The notes: generated by a model not told the origin, from the sequence alone. A stretch of 64,000 bases of DNA from Alphaproteobacteria bacterium (GCA_964291265.2 OZ219747.1:1408001-1472000), one strand, 5' to 3'. Positions 15,740-25,617 are shown, counted from the stretch's first letter. Numbers and translations: made by a program.

Positions 15740-16246
15740 ATGAACAAACTCGAGAGCTTCGTGGTCATCGGTGTTCTTGGTCTTCTTGCGGTGTGGCCGG
15801 CAGCCGCACAGATGTTCTCGATCAGCGACTACAACAGCGGCCAGCCGATCGAGGTGTCGGCTGACAGTGTCGATGTCGATTCGGAGTCGCGGGATGTCAC
15901 GTTGAACGGCGGTGTCCAGGTCATTCAGGGTGAGTTGACCGTACGCGCCGACAGCATGGTCGTGCATTATGGTGATGACGGAGACGGCAATCGGGTCGAG
16001 TCCATCCGGGCGACCGGCGACGTCGTGGTTCTCACCGCCGACGGGACAGCGCATGGCGATGCCGGTCTGTGGTCGGTAGCGGAGGGAGTCGTCGTCCTCG
16101 AGAGGAATGTACGACTGGTGAACGATGATGCCATTCTGACGGGCGCCAGGATGACGCTTGATTTGAAGAATGGCCAGGTCAACATCGTTGGCGGAGAGGA
16201 AAGGGTGAACATCCTGCTGAGTGCAGTCGAAGAAGGTGATCAGTGA
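15740..16246 (+). CDS. lptA: LPS transport periplasmic protein LptA/OstA
   Basis: Signal peptide, PIEVSAD, GGVQVIQG, ATGDVVV; overlaps the lptB start. Confidence 0.85.
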   Translation: MNKLESFVVIGVLGLLAVWPAAAQMFSISDYNSGQPIEVSADSVDVDSESRDVTLNGGVQVIQGELTVRADSMVVHYGDDGDGNRVESIRATGDVVVLTADGTAHGDAGLWSVAEGVVVLERNVRLVNDDAILTGARMTLDLKNGQVNIVGGEERVNILLSAVEEGDQ

Positions 16247-17007
16247 GCGTGTCCCATGAGAGCGGGCCTGTCCTGGTCAGCCACAACCGGGGTCTCGTCG
16301 CCTCCAACCTGACCAAGAGCTACCGCAAGCGTCCCATCGTCCGCAATGTCAGTCTGAACGTGCATGCCGGCGAGGCCGTGGGCCTCCTCGGGTTGAATGG
16401 TGCGGGCAAGACGACCTGCTTTTACCTCCTCACGGGCCTGGTGGCCGCGGATGCCGGCACGATCATGCTCGATGGCCACGACGTCACGGGATTGCCGATG
16501 TACCGGAGGGCGCGCCTCGGCATCGGCTACCTGCCGCAGGAAGCTTCGATTTTCCGTGGTCTGTCGGTCGAGGCCAACATCAGGGCCGCTCTTGAGGTGG
16601 TCGAGCGTGACTACGATGCCCGCGAGACCAGGCTTGACCTGCTTCTCGCCGAGTTCTCGATATCGCACCTGCGCCGCACCCCCGCCGTGGCTCTTTCGGG
16701 AGGAGAGAGGCGACGCGTCGAAATCGCCCGTGCCCTGGCCTCGCGTCCCTCCATCATGCTGCTCGACGAACCGCTTGCCGGGATTGACCCCATAGCACTC
16801 GGCGACATCCGCGAACTGGTGGCCCAGATCAAGGACAGCGGCATCGGCGTCCTCATCACCGATCACAACGTGCGCGAGACCTTCGGCATCGTCGACCGCG
16901 CCTACATCCTCCACGAGGGCACCATCATCATGGAGGGCCCGCCCGAGGACGTGGCCGCCCACAAGATCGTCCGCGAGGTCTATCTCGGAGACCAGTTCCG
17001 CCTCTAG
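16243..17007 (+). CDS. lptB: LPS export ABC transporter ATP-binding protein
   Basis: GLNGAGKTT, YLPQEASIF, LSGGERRR, TDHNVRET, VYLGDQF. Confidence 0.96.
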   Translation: MSVSHESGPVLVSHNRGLVASNLTKSYRKRPIVRNVSLNVHAGEAVGLLGLNGAGKTTCFYLLTGLVAADAGTIMLDGHDVTGLPMYRRARLGIGYLPQEASIFRGLSVEANIRAALEVVERDYDARETRLDLLLAEFSISHLRRTPAVALSGGERRRVEIARALASRPSIMLLDEPLAGIDPIALGDIRELVAQIKDSGIGVLITDHNVRETFGIVDRAYILHEGTIIMEGPPEDVAAHKIVREVYLGDQFRL

Positions 17008-17286
17008 CTGAACCGGTCAGTCGCGCCTTCCGCCTGCCGGGAGACAGGGAGACGACCGCCACCGTCTTCAAGCGGGCTCGGTGCAGGTCATCGAGCCCGC
17101 GCCGAGCCGTGCCCGACAGCCGCTCCGGCGGCCCATTCGACCCGTTGTTGACGGGTGAACACGGCACCGTCACGTGTGCCCGGTGTCGGCCACATCCGAC
17201 TCGTCCAGATCCCCGGCGAATTCACTGTTGTCCGCCTTGCCGGGCCGCCCTGTCAGAAGTTTCAGACATCCTGACATTGGACGAGG

Positions 17287-17501
17287 GTAAGCGTTCGGCC
17301 GTGTCGTGATGGCTGATTTTGGTTGGTTTGGGGTTTGCTGACAATCGTCTGAAAAAAAGTTGGTAACGCGGACGCTGCGATACGCACAAGAAATCCGACA
17401 AGCCAAAAAAGGACATCTGACTGAGGCCTCTCCGCAAGGACCGGAAATGCATCCTCAACCGGTGAATATCACCAACAATCACCGCGTGACCGAACGCTTG
17501 C
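17287..17501. mobile_element. IS66-type MITE / internally deleted IS
   Basis: Left end GTAAGCGTTCGG, right end GTGACCGAACGCTTGC; same ends as the 25618-25732 element; no TSD seen. Confidence 0.6.
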
Positions 17502-17619
17502 ACCTGCGGAATGCTGGTCTCTGTCGGTTACTTTGGAGAGAAATAACGCTGTCGGCATCGATTCGCGCACAACCACGACAAGGTTCTGGTGTACAATCCC
17601 GAGACCGACAGCAATCCGA

Positions 17620-17860
17620 ATCCCTCAGGATCTTGGTGTAGAATGATCCTGGCCTGCGACGCCGGATGTCGGATCTCCCGATACGATAATGCCAACGTGA
17701 CCAGGTCCTTCAGACAACCCGAAAGCTGCCAACGACCGGTCGCATCCCGGAACGAAAACTCCTCGCAGACCCGACGGTCGTAACACCGTTCCTTCAACAG
17801 GATGACAGAAACGCGCGCGGGCAGGATGTGAAGAATGCTGGATCGTGCCGTCATGACAGC
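17620..17860 (-). pseudogene. Remnant of the N-terminus of a DUF4338-type transposase
   Basis: RRVCEEFSFRDATGRWQLSGCLK resembles the N-terminus of DUF4338-fused transposases (recognised by eye; bounds approximate). Confidence 0.4.
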
Positions 17861-19487
17861 AGGCCGCATCAAATCCTACGCCGCGTCCAGCAGCCTCCAT
17901 TCATCGTGTCATGGCAGGTCCAGTTGCCGTCGTCCATGTTCCTCATGCCAACGAGGTCGGCGAGCACCGCGTCGACATCCTCCTCGCCGGCGCGGATTTC
18001 CAAACCGCGCGCGAGACAGGCCCGCGTCGTACGCGGCCGCCACGCCCGGTCCCAAGACGCCCCATTTTCCCTCCCGTCCCGCGGTTACAGGCTCTCGGTC
18101 AGTTCCCGCATGGCGGCGCCGAACACCGCGTCGCGCCACGGTTGGAAGCGTTGGCGGGCGGATTCGACGGACTCGTTGTGAAAAAAGAGGAACCCTTCCT
18201 CTGTCAAAGGAACCAGGCTTGAATTCTGCACGTCTTCTTCGTCGCTGTCCCGGAACTCCAGAAACGGCGCGCATATCAGAGTTCCGTTGAACTCCCGTCC
18301 GATACCGTGAACGGCGAAGACAAGTTTCGCGCGACGTCGCCAATACATGTTCAGAGATACCCAGTGCCTGAACTCACCGAGATTGGCACAATATTTCAAC
18401 TGTTCCCTGGCATTCCTGACAATCTGGTGCCGAAAGTAGTAACTTGTGGAGTCGTCCGCCTCCGTCACCGACACCTTGCTGTCCAAATGTATCCTCTGCA
18501 ATGCGCTCCTTATCGCTCCACCATGCTGTTCCAACCAGCAGCGCAACTCGCGGGAGACCTCTTCGGCGACTTCCACAACCGACTCGCGGTCCTTCTTTTC
18601 TGCATCCGCCGTCTTTTGTGCCGCTACCGCCAGCCCGGAGAGAATTTCCGCAACGCTGTTCCGTTCTCTGAGGACAAGTTCAGAGAGTGCAACAGCCTTG
18701 ACGAATTGACGGTTCTGCAGACGGACAACGAGATCGACAAGAGGCTTGAGTGAACCACCATCGGCTGCTTCCAAGGAATCGATGTAAGCTGATCTGTGAT
18801 CCCGCGTGACAACAAACGGAAACAATCCATCCTGCACCAAGACGAGTGATGCCAATGCTCGGGCAACCCGGCCATTTCCGTCCTGGAACGGGTGAATCTG
18901 TGTGAATCGGTGATGCAGCCAGGCGACTTGAATTTCCAGCGGAAGTTCCGACTTCCGGTGAACCTTGTGCATCGAGATCAATCTCTCCATTTCGCTGGAT
19001 ACCTGTTCCGGAGAGCAGTACTCATACTGTATGCCTTCACGAATCGGCGAATTCTTCTGCTTCTTCCAGTCTCCTCGAACGAGGGGCACTTCTACATGCC
19101 GTCCCAGAGAATCAGTTGCTTCGGTGAACTTCTGGCTGCGGAGCAGCGCCCCGTGCAGTTCCTTGACCCAGGACGTCGACAGCATCCGCGTCTGCTTTAC
19201 GAAATCGAATACGCCATCCAGGGCGTCCTTTTGGTCCCGAATCGTAACTACTCACCCCCTACTGATGACGGATCGTTTTTCCTGACGGGTTCGGATCCGG
19301 CATTTTCTCTTGCCGCCTTCACTTGCTCGCTGCCGATGATCGGATGTGCGTGTTCCGACTGACAAGAAGCGGATCGATCTTCGGCTTCAGCTCCACGTTC
19401 CGGCCTTGTATGACCAGGTTTTGTCCCCGTGATGATGCAATCATCCACAGCGGTTGGCTGCCTTTCCAATCCTCTGGAGATATGCGC

Positions 19488-19516
19488 TTGACATTGTAGG
19501 AGGGGCACTCTACATG
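19488..19516 (+). promoter_or_regulatory. Putative sigma70 promoter for the IS66 MTase-transposase operon
   Basis: TTGACA-17 bp-TACATG, 35 nt upstream of the MTase ATG. Confidence 0.5.
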
Positions 19517-19550
19517 CTGGCCATCGGGGCGGTTTGCGTCGGAGATATTG

Positions 19551-20225
19551 ATGGCGGCATGGTACGGATCGAAGGCGACGACGGGTCTGAGCCAGGCGAT
19601 CGTCGCGGCCATGCCGCCGCATGACGTGTACATCGAGGCGTTCCTTGGGGGCGGCGCGATCATGAAGCGCAAGCCTCCGGCGCTACGCAGCATCGGCATC
19701 GACCTCAACCGACGGGCGATCGACACCTTCCGCTGTGACTATCCGGTGGAGCTTCACCAAGGCTGCGCCCTGCGTTTTCTCGAGACCTTCGCCTTCCAGG
19801 GCCGCGAGCTGGTCTACTGCGACCCGCCTTACGTGCAGTCGACGCGCCGGTCGCAGCGCCGCTACCGCTTCGACTGCACGGACGATGACCATGTTGCGCT
19901 CCTCGACATCCTGACGTCGCTGCCCTGCCAGGTGATGATCTCCGGCTATCCCTCGCGGCTCTACGACACGCACCTCGCCGGCTGGCGCTCGGCCGAGGTC
20001 CAGGTCAACAACCAGGCCTGCGTTGTCACCGAGAAGCTGTGGTTCAACTTCGCACCGGGCCGGCCGCACTGGCATACGTGTGCGGGCAGGAACTCGATCG
20101 ACCGCCAGCGCATCAAGCGCCTCGCAGAGAGCTGGGCGCGGCGCTACCGGACGATGCCCGAAGGCGAGCGGCTCGCCGTGCTGGCGGCTGTCATGGCGGT
20201 GGAGGCGTCGTCATGGCGAGCGTGA
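19551..20225 (+). CDS. DNA adenine methyltransferase (Dam/D12-like, short)
   Basis: WYGSK (motif X), YIEAFLGGGA (SAM-binding motif I), YCDPPY (motif IV), ISGY, E-LWFN. Confidence 0.88.
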   Translation: MAAWYGSKATTGLSQAIVAAMPPHDVYIEAFLGGGAIMKRKPPALRSIGIDLNRRAIDTFRCDYPVELHQGCALRFLETFAFQGRELVYCDPPYVQSTRRSQRRYRFDCTDDDHVALLDILTSLPCQVMISGYPSRLYDTHLAGWRSAEVQVNNQACVVTEKLWFNFAPGRPHWHTCAGRNSIDRQRIKRLAESWARRYRTMPEGERLAVLAAVMAVEASSWRA

Positions 20226-21691
20226 ACGGCACGTCTGTGCGCCAGGAGGCCGACGTCTTCCAGAAGCAGTTCCAGGATCTCCGCAAGCAGGGCAAGGTCA
20301 ACCAGGAGTGCGAGGAGCTCTTCCGCGGCATGCTGATGCTGATAAAGCTGTTGCTGACCGTGCTCATGGAGAAGATCACACGCAAGACAAGCCGGAACTC
20401 CGGTCTGCCGCCATCGCAGACTGACAAGGACGAGAGCGCGAGGCGCACCGGGAGCCACGGCAAGGGCCCGAAACCGAACCAGCAGACGGGCGACAACCTG
20501 CGCACGACCACCGTCGAGGAGACGATCGTCGTCGATGCCTGCGACGCCTGCGGCGCCGACCTCCACGATGTCGACCCCGTCGACCGGGAGTGCCGCGTCC
20601 TCTACGACATCGTGTTCGAAGTCGTCGAGCGCCGCGTCGAAGCCGAGATCAAGGAATGCCCGAAGTGCCGGACCCGGACCAAGGGCCGGTTCCCAGACAA
20701 CATGCCGGGCCCCCTGCAGTATGGCGTCAGCATCCAGGCCCTCGTCATCAACCTGCTGATCGCCCAGATGCTGTCCCTGCGTCGTGCCGTCTCGCTCGTG
20801 CACGCGATCTCCGGCATCAAGCTCTCCGAGGCGACCTGCCTCGGCTATGTCCGGCGCTTTCACGATGCCCTCGCATCATGGGAGGAGGCCGCCGTGGCCC
20901 ATCTCCTGCAACAACCGGCCCTGCATGTCGACGAGACCGGCTTCCGGGTCGCCGGCAAGACCCAATGGCTCCATGTCGTCACCGACGGCACCCTGACGTG
21001 CAAGTTCCCGCACCCCAAGCGCGGCCGGGAGGCGATCGAAGAGATCGGCATCATCCCGCGCTACAAGGGCGTCCTGATCCACGACTGCTGGGCTGCCTAC
21101 ATGGGCTACGATCAATGCCGCCACCAACTGTGCGGCAGCCATCTCCTGCGCGAACTGACCTTCGTCGTCGAGTCCAACGGCTACCGCTGGGCGCGACTGA
21201 TGAAAAGCCTGCTGCGCGAGGTCTCCCGCAGGGTCAACAAGAGCGCATCCAAGACCTTGAACGAGGCCGACCGCCGGGCCGTGCGCAAGCGCTACCGCAC
21301 CATCCTCACCCAGGGCGCCAGGGAACTGCCCGACATCCCGCCACGGACGAAAGGAAAACGGGGACGCATCGCAAAGTCCGACGCGCACAACCTGCATGAA
21401 CGTCTCGTGAAACACGAGAAGTCCGTCCTGCGCTTCATGAAGGACCCCAATGTCAGTTTCACAAATAATACCGGAGAGCAGAAGATCAGGATGACAAAGG
21501 TCAAGATCAAGGTGTCCGGATGTTTCCGTACCATGCCCCACGCCAAAGCATGGTGCCGCGGCTCAAGCTACCTCACCACCATGGACGCACTCGGCTACAA
21601 CCCTCACGTCGCCATCCACATCGCCCTCGACGGAAAGGCCGTAGACATCCTCAACCAGCACTACGGACAACCAGACCCTAACAAGGGGTGA
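20213..21691 (+). CDS. IS66 family transposase (TnpC-like)
   Basis: TSRNSGLPPSQ, CDACG...CPKC zinc finger, HVDETG, IHDCW, HQLCGSHLLREL, FTNNTGEQKIR; stop codon lies inside the right TIR. Confidence 0.95.
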   Translation: MASVNGTSVRQEADVFQKQFQDLRKQGKVNQECEELFRGMLMLIKLLLTVLMEKITRKTSRNSGLPPSQTDKDESARRTGSHGKGPKPNQQTGDNLRTTTVEETIVVDACDACGADLHDVDPVDRECRVLYDIVFEVVERRVEAEIKECPKCRTRTKGRFPDNMPGPLQYGVSIQALVINLLIAQMLSLRRAVSLVHAISGIKLSEATCLGYVRRFHDALASWEEAAVAHLLQQPALHVDETGFRVAGKTQWLHVVTDGTLTCKFPHPKRGREAIEEIGIIPRYKGVLIHDCWAAYMGYDQCRHQLCGSHLLRELTFVVESNGYRWARLMKSLLREVSRRVNKSASKTLNEADRRAVRKRYRTILTQGARELPDIPPRTKGKRGRIAKSDAHNLHERLVKHEKSVLRFMKDPNVSFTNNTGEQKIRMTKVKIKVSGCFRTMPHAKAWCRGSSYLTTMDALGYNPHVAIHIALDGKAVDILNQHYGQPDPNKG

Positions 21692-22142
21692 GTAGTTACC
21701 CCGAATCAACTGCAAGACAAATTCACGCGGTCGATTCGTGGTTCCGTGGGCAAGAAGTTCGGCTCGGAAACCCTGTTCGATCAAGGTTTGCGTGACGCCG
21801 CGATCGATGTCGTAGAGACCTTCGATGATCCCAGTCTCGATCGCCCATTCGCGGCTCAGTTTCTCGGTGAAATCGGCAAGCATCGGCGTCCCCCGAAGCC
21901 GGTCTCGCTGTTCTTGCCAGACAGCCTTGATGCCGGACATTTCCGCGCTCGCCATGGCCTTGATGTCGTCTGCATTTTCCGAATCGATGTCCTGAATTCC
22001 CGTGGCGGGATTCCAGATGTGCTTGATTACCAACGTCATGAATTCTCTCTTGCTGAATGTCCCGCCCTGTGTTGAAACTCGTCTGAGAGTGCCGCTTCGT
22101 GATGGTAGGTTACGCTGCGTCCTTGATCTGGTCAAGCTTGCA

Positions 22143-22172
22143 GCTCTGACGATGCGAAGTCAGAGCCTTTTT
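22143..22172 (+). terminator. Putative intrinsic terminator hairpin
   Basis: GCTCTGAC-8 nt-GTCAGAGC followed by CTTTTT. Confidence 0.45.
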
Positions 22173-22187
22173 GAGCGGAGGCATTTG

Positions 22188-22302
22188 GCATCTACACATC
22201 CCCCTACTGAGGACGAATCGTTTTTCCTGACGGGTTCGGATCCGGCATTTTCTCTTGCCGCCTTCACTTGCTCGCTTCCGATGACCGGATGTGCGTGTTC
22301 CG
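22188..22302 (+). mobile_element. Copy of the IS66 left end (decayed TIR), interrupted by a group II intron
   Basis: Nearly identical to 19244-19357; homology stops exactly at GTGTTCCG|GTGTG. Confidence 0.9.
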
Positions 22303-23230
22303 GTGTGCCAACTGGCAGATGGTATGGGGTGAAAGTCCCCTGTAACGAAGGAGTAGCCAAACCACGTTTCTCCGCGAGCCGTGCGTCGGTTCCCGCGAGG
22401 GGGCAGGCGAAGCGTCGGTAGCGGTACGGATGGGCAGGGCTAATGAGCACCGAAAAGACGACAATTCGGGGTGCCGAGGATTTCAGATCGGTCGAAGGCA
22501 ACATCGCAGGCATCGCTATGGTGAGATGTCGGCGAGCTCCGCGGTGTCAGAAAACCCATGCACGTCCGTACGCCTTCTGTTGGGACCCTGGGAGGTCTTC
22601 AAACTGTCCCGCCTGTCGTGGCGGGACCGTGTAGGGAAAGGAGAAAGCCGAAGCCTATGATGCACGGTTTGAAGAAGTCGGATGGGGTCGTAGGGTGTGC
22701 TGGGCAGCGCCCAAATCAGGTGGGTTCAAGTCCCACTGGCGCTCGGGTAAGGGGCGCCATATCCAAAAGCGGGGGTCATTCCTCGCTGGCCGGGGTGAGC
22801 GACTTCCTGGGCTTCACGCACTTCTGCACGGAGACCCGGAGAGGACGCTTCAGGCTTGGTCGCAAGCCGGTCGCAAAACGGGTCACAAGGACCCTGGCGC
22901 GCATCGAGGAGGTGCTTCGCAATCGACGGCATCACGACATATGGGAGGTCGGCATGTGGCTTGGGCGAGTTGTCAATGGCTGGTCCAACTACTTCGCCGT
23001 CCCGGGGTCGACCCGATGGCTGCGCACGTTCCGCCAAAGGCTGCAACGCCTGTGGCTGCGAGCGATCCGCCGCCGCTCCCAGCGCCACCGTTTTGACTGG
23101 AAGCGATTGGAGCGAATGACCGAGCTTCTTTGGCCGCGCGCCTCCATCCGCCACCCATGGCCGGACCAGCGGTTTACCGTCAAGCACCCGAGGTAGGAGC
23201 CGGATGGATTAGCGTCCAAGTCCGGATCTG
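22303..23230 (+). mobile_element. Internally deleted group II intron (5' ribozyme part, RT C-terminus 22801-23196, domain V; domain VI missing)
   Basis: GTGTG start; 22303-22694 and 22801-23230 are near-identical to parts of the full intron at 61806-63724. Confidence 0.92.
22695..22800 (+). mobile_element. 5' fragment of a second, unrelated group II intron nested in the first
   Basis: Begins GTGTG exactly where homology to the outer intron stops; GTGGGTTCAAGTCCCAC hairpin is analogous to GGGGTGAAAGTCCCC. Confidence 0.55.
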
Positions 23231-23238
23231 AGGGTCTG

Positions 23239-23515
23239 ATGGGCACGATCGCGCAAGCCTAGGTCGAACAGGGAAGAGCCGAGGGACTCGAGAGGGAGGA
23301 TCGAACGAGGCCGGAGCGAGGGCAGGGAAGAAGGTCGCGTGGAAGGCCAGGCCGGAATTGTTCTGCGTCTTCTGGAACTGCGCTTCGGTGATGTGCCGGG
23401 TGCGGTCCGCGAGCGGGTCCGCGGAGCGTCGGCCGCCGAACTGGAGGCCTGGGCGGAGGCGGTGCTGGCTGCCACAAGCCTTGATGATGTGCTGGCCGCC
23501 AGGCCCAGGCACTGA
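23239..23515 (+). pseudogene. Rpn/YhgA-like (DUF4351) C-terminal fragment
   Basis: MGTIAQA*VEQGRAEG, frameshift, then EGREEGRVEGQAGIVLRLLELRFGDVP...ELEAWAEAVLAATSLDDVL. Confidence 0.7.
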
Positions 23516-23975
23516 GCCCGTCGCGCCACGCGCACCCGCCGATCATGGTGCCCGGCGTGACGCCGACGCACCCTGCGGACGGACAGATCGCATGGGTTGC
23601 GCCCCCTGCCTCCCTGCCGAGTCCCTCCCCGGCACACAGGAACCGGCGTCACGGGAGCGGGGAGCGAAACGCACGGCTGCGCAGGTTCTGATGGCAGACA
23701 ACCGGAACCATGCTCCATCGTCATCCGGTTCAGGTCGTGTGACCTGCCAAAGTCGGGCGACAGGCCCGGATCGCATCCAGGTTGAGGACAACGGAACGCT
23801 GCGATGACTCGGCAGCCGACCCTGCCTGATTCCTCTCCGGGAATGATCCGCCATCGCCAGGTTCAGCAGGGGACGACGTGCAGCCCACATGGCATTTTCT
23901 GCATCAGCTGGATGCTGCGCACCAGCGAAGGCGACGTCACCGCCACCTGCCACGAGAGGCGGTGGTTGATCGAAG

Positions 23976-24073
23976 GGCAGCGTTCGCTCACCCAGGAATG
24001 CGGGCGAGACACGGGACATGTGCGTGGTTGCCGCCGTCATCCTCATCATCGTCACCCTCGACCGAACGCTTGC
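23976..24073. mobile_element. Decayed IS66-type MITE
   Basis: CAGCGTTCGCTCAC...GACCGAACGCTTGC ends; interior TGCGTGGTTGCCGCCGTCATCCTCATCA matches 25618-25732. Confidence 0.65.
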
Positions 24074-24364
24074 AGAGGCGCCGCCGGAACGCCGCCGGGA
24101 TCGAGAGCGAGGCATCCGGGCCGGAAACGGCACGCGGACGGCCGCGAAGCCACGGAGTTCGCCCAGGACATGCCGATCAGGCCTTAAGCTCTTCAGCCTT
24201 GTCGAAAGATAAGCCGCGGCATGAGGAATTCCTGCGGGCGCCTGACAGTCCTCTTGCCGGATGACCGGACAATCCCTATATTCCGGGCGACGAAGCGCGG
24301 GCGGGTTGGTGTCCGCGACCGGGGATGCCGGCAACGGTCCCCGGTGACGATGAGCGGATCATCC

Positions 24365-24661
24365 ATGAAGATTTCCATCACAGGTCATCAGACAGACGTC
24401 AGTGAAGCGTTGCGCCGCCACGTGGAGGAGTCTCTCGGCAGTGCCATTGACAAGTACTTTGCCGATTCGAAGAGCGCTCACGTGACATTCTCGCGCGAGG
24501 CGCAGTCTCACAGGGTGCACATTTCCGTCCATGTCGGACACGACATCAGTGCCGAGGGGCAAGGCGATGCGCAGACGGCGTCTGCCGCGTTCGGCGAGGC
24601 TATGGAACATGTGGCAAAACAGCTTCGGCGCAACAAGCGGAAACTGCGCGAGCATCACTGA
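24365..24661 (+). CDS. hpf: Ribosome hibernation promoting factor (short form)
   Basis: MKISITGHQTDVSEALR...KYF...KQLRRNKRKL. Confidence 0.9.
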   Translation: MKISITGHQTDVSEALRRHVEESLGSAIDKYFADSKSAHVTFSREAQSHRVHISVHVGHDISAEGQGDAQTASAAFGEAMEHVAKQLRRNKRKLREHH

Positions 24662-24699
24662 CATGGCCCGCGCCGTGCCGAGCCGGATCGAGTGACGGA

Positions 24700-25164
24700 A
24701 TGGAGATCTCCTCGCTCGTGACGCCCGATGGCGTGGTCCCGCGCCTGCGGTCGGCCAGCAAGAAGCAGGTGCTCCAGGAACTGGCGCGCCATGCCTCGCG
24801 CATTGCCAACACCGATGAGCGGGTCATCTTCGATGCCCTTCTCGAACGCGAGAGACTGGGATCGACGGGGGTGGGGCTTGGCATTGCCATTCCCCATGCC
24901 AAGCTGCCCGGATTGCCATGCCTCCATGGCGTTTTCGCGCGCACGACCTCGCCGATCGACTTCGATTCCGTGGATGAGCAGCCGGTCGACCTCGTGTTCC
25001 TGCTGCTGGCCCCGGAAGACGCCGGTGCGGACCACCTCAAGGCCCTCGCCCGGGTGTCGCGTCTGCTTCGCAACCACGACATCTGCCAGAAACTCCGGGG
25101 TGCTGACAGTCCGGAGGCCATCTATGCCCTCCTGACCGAAGAGGAGACGGACCATCCGGACTGA
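24700..25164 (+). CDS. ptsN: PTS IIA-like nitrogen regulatory protein
   Basis: LLERERLGSTGVGLGIAIPHA, DHLKALARVSR. Confidence 0.95.
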   Translation: MEISSLVTPDGVVPRLRSASKKQVLQELARHASRIANTDERVIFDALLERERLGSTGVGLGIAIPHAKLPGLPCLHGVFARTTSPIDFDSVDEQPVDLVFLLLAPEDAGADHLKALARVSRLLRNHDICQKLRGADSPEAIYALLTEEETDHPD

Positions 25165-25170
25165 ACTGTC

Positions 25171-25611
25171 TTGCTGATTCACGGCACCTCGGTCGAGATC
25201 GACGGCGCCGGTATCCTGTTGCGCGGCCCACCGGGAAGCGGCAAGAGCGACCTTGCCCTGCGCCTGATCAGCGAACGCGAGGCGCGGCTGGTAGCGGACG
25301 ATCAGGTCGTGGTCAGCCCGCGGGACGGCCGCCTGGTGGCCCGGCCGCCTGCAACCCTGGCGGGCATGATCGAGGTGCGGGGACTGGGCATCGCCCGGCT
25401 CGACCACCATCCGTTCTGGGCTCTCCACCTGGTCGTCGAACTCTGCCATACCGTGGCCAGGTTTCCTGCACCCCGGCAGACAGTGATTGCCGGGTGTCCG
25501 CTGCCGGTCTGCCGACTTCATGCACCCGAAGCCTCTGCCGTGGCCAAGGTGGTGCTGGCGGTGAAGGCGCTCCAGGGCGCGGTGTCCATCGACAACGGTC
25601 CTGGCTGCTGA
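25171..25611 (+). CDS. hprK: HPr kinase/phosphorylase, short alphaproteobacterial form
   Basis: IHGT, GPPGSGKSDLA, LVADD, IEVRGLGI. Confidence 0.9.
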   Translation: MLIHGTSVEIDGAGILLRGPPGSGKSDLALRLISEREARLVADDQVVVSPRDGRLVARPPATLAGMIEVRGLGIARLDHHPFWALHLVVELCHTVARFPAPRQTVIAGCPLPVCRLHAPEASAVAKVVLAVKALQGAVSIDNGPGC

Positions 25612-25617
25612 GTGCAG

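Larger units (their letters stand above)
19244..21699 (+). mobile_element. IS66-family element (single-transposase, ISBst12-like) with a methyltransferase passenger
   Basis: Perfect 15-bp TIRs GTAACTACTCACCCC / GGGGTGAGTAGTTAC; 8-bp TSD CCCGAATC at 19236-19243 and 21700-21707. Confidence 0.95.
18085..22039 (-). pseudogene. Fic family protein split by IS66 (5' part 22039-21700, 3' part 19235-18085)
   Basis: HPFQDGNGRVAR Fic motif; removing the IS and one TSD restores one 1491-nt frame (496 aa, ...VLQLIRDQKDALDG...); more AT-rich than the flanks. Confidence 0.9.

Noticed and set aside
19551-20225. Restriction-modification system
   Set aside because: No endonuclease or specificity gene nearby; the MTase lies inside the IS66 TIRs.
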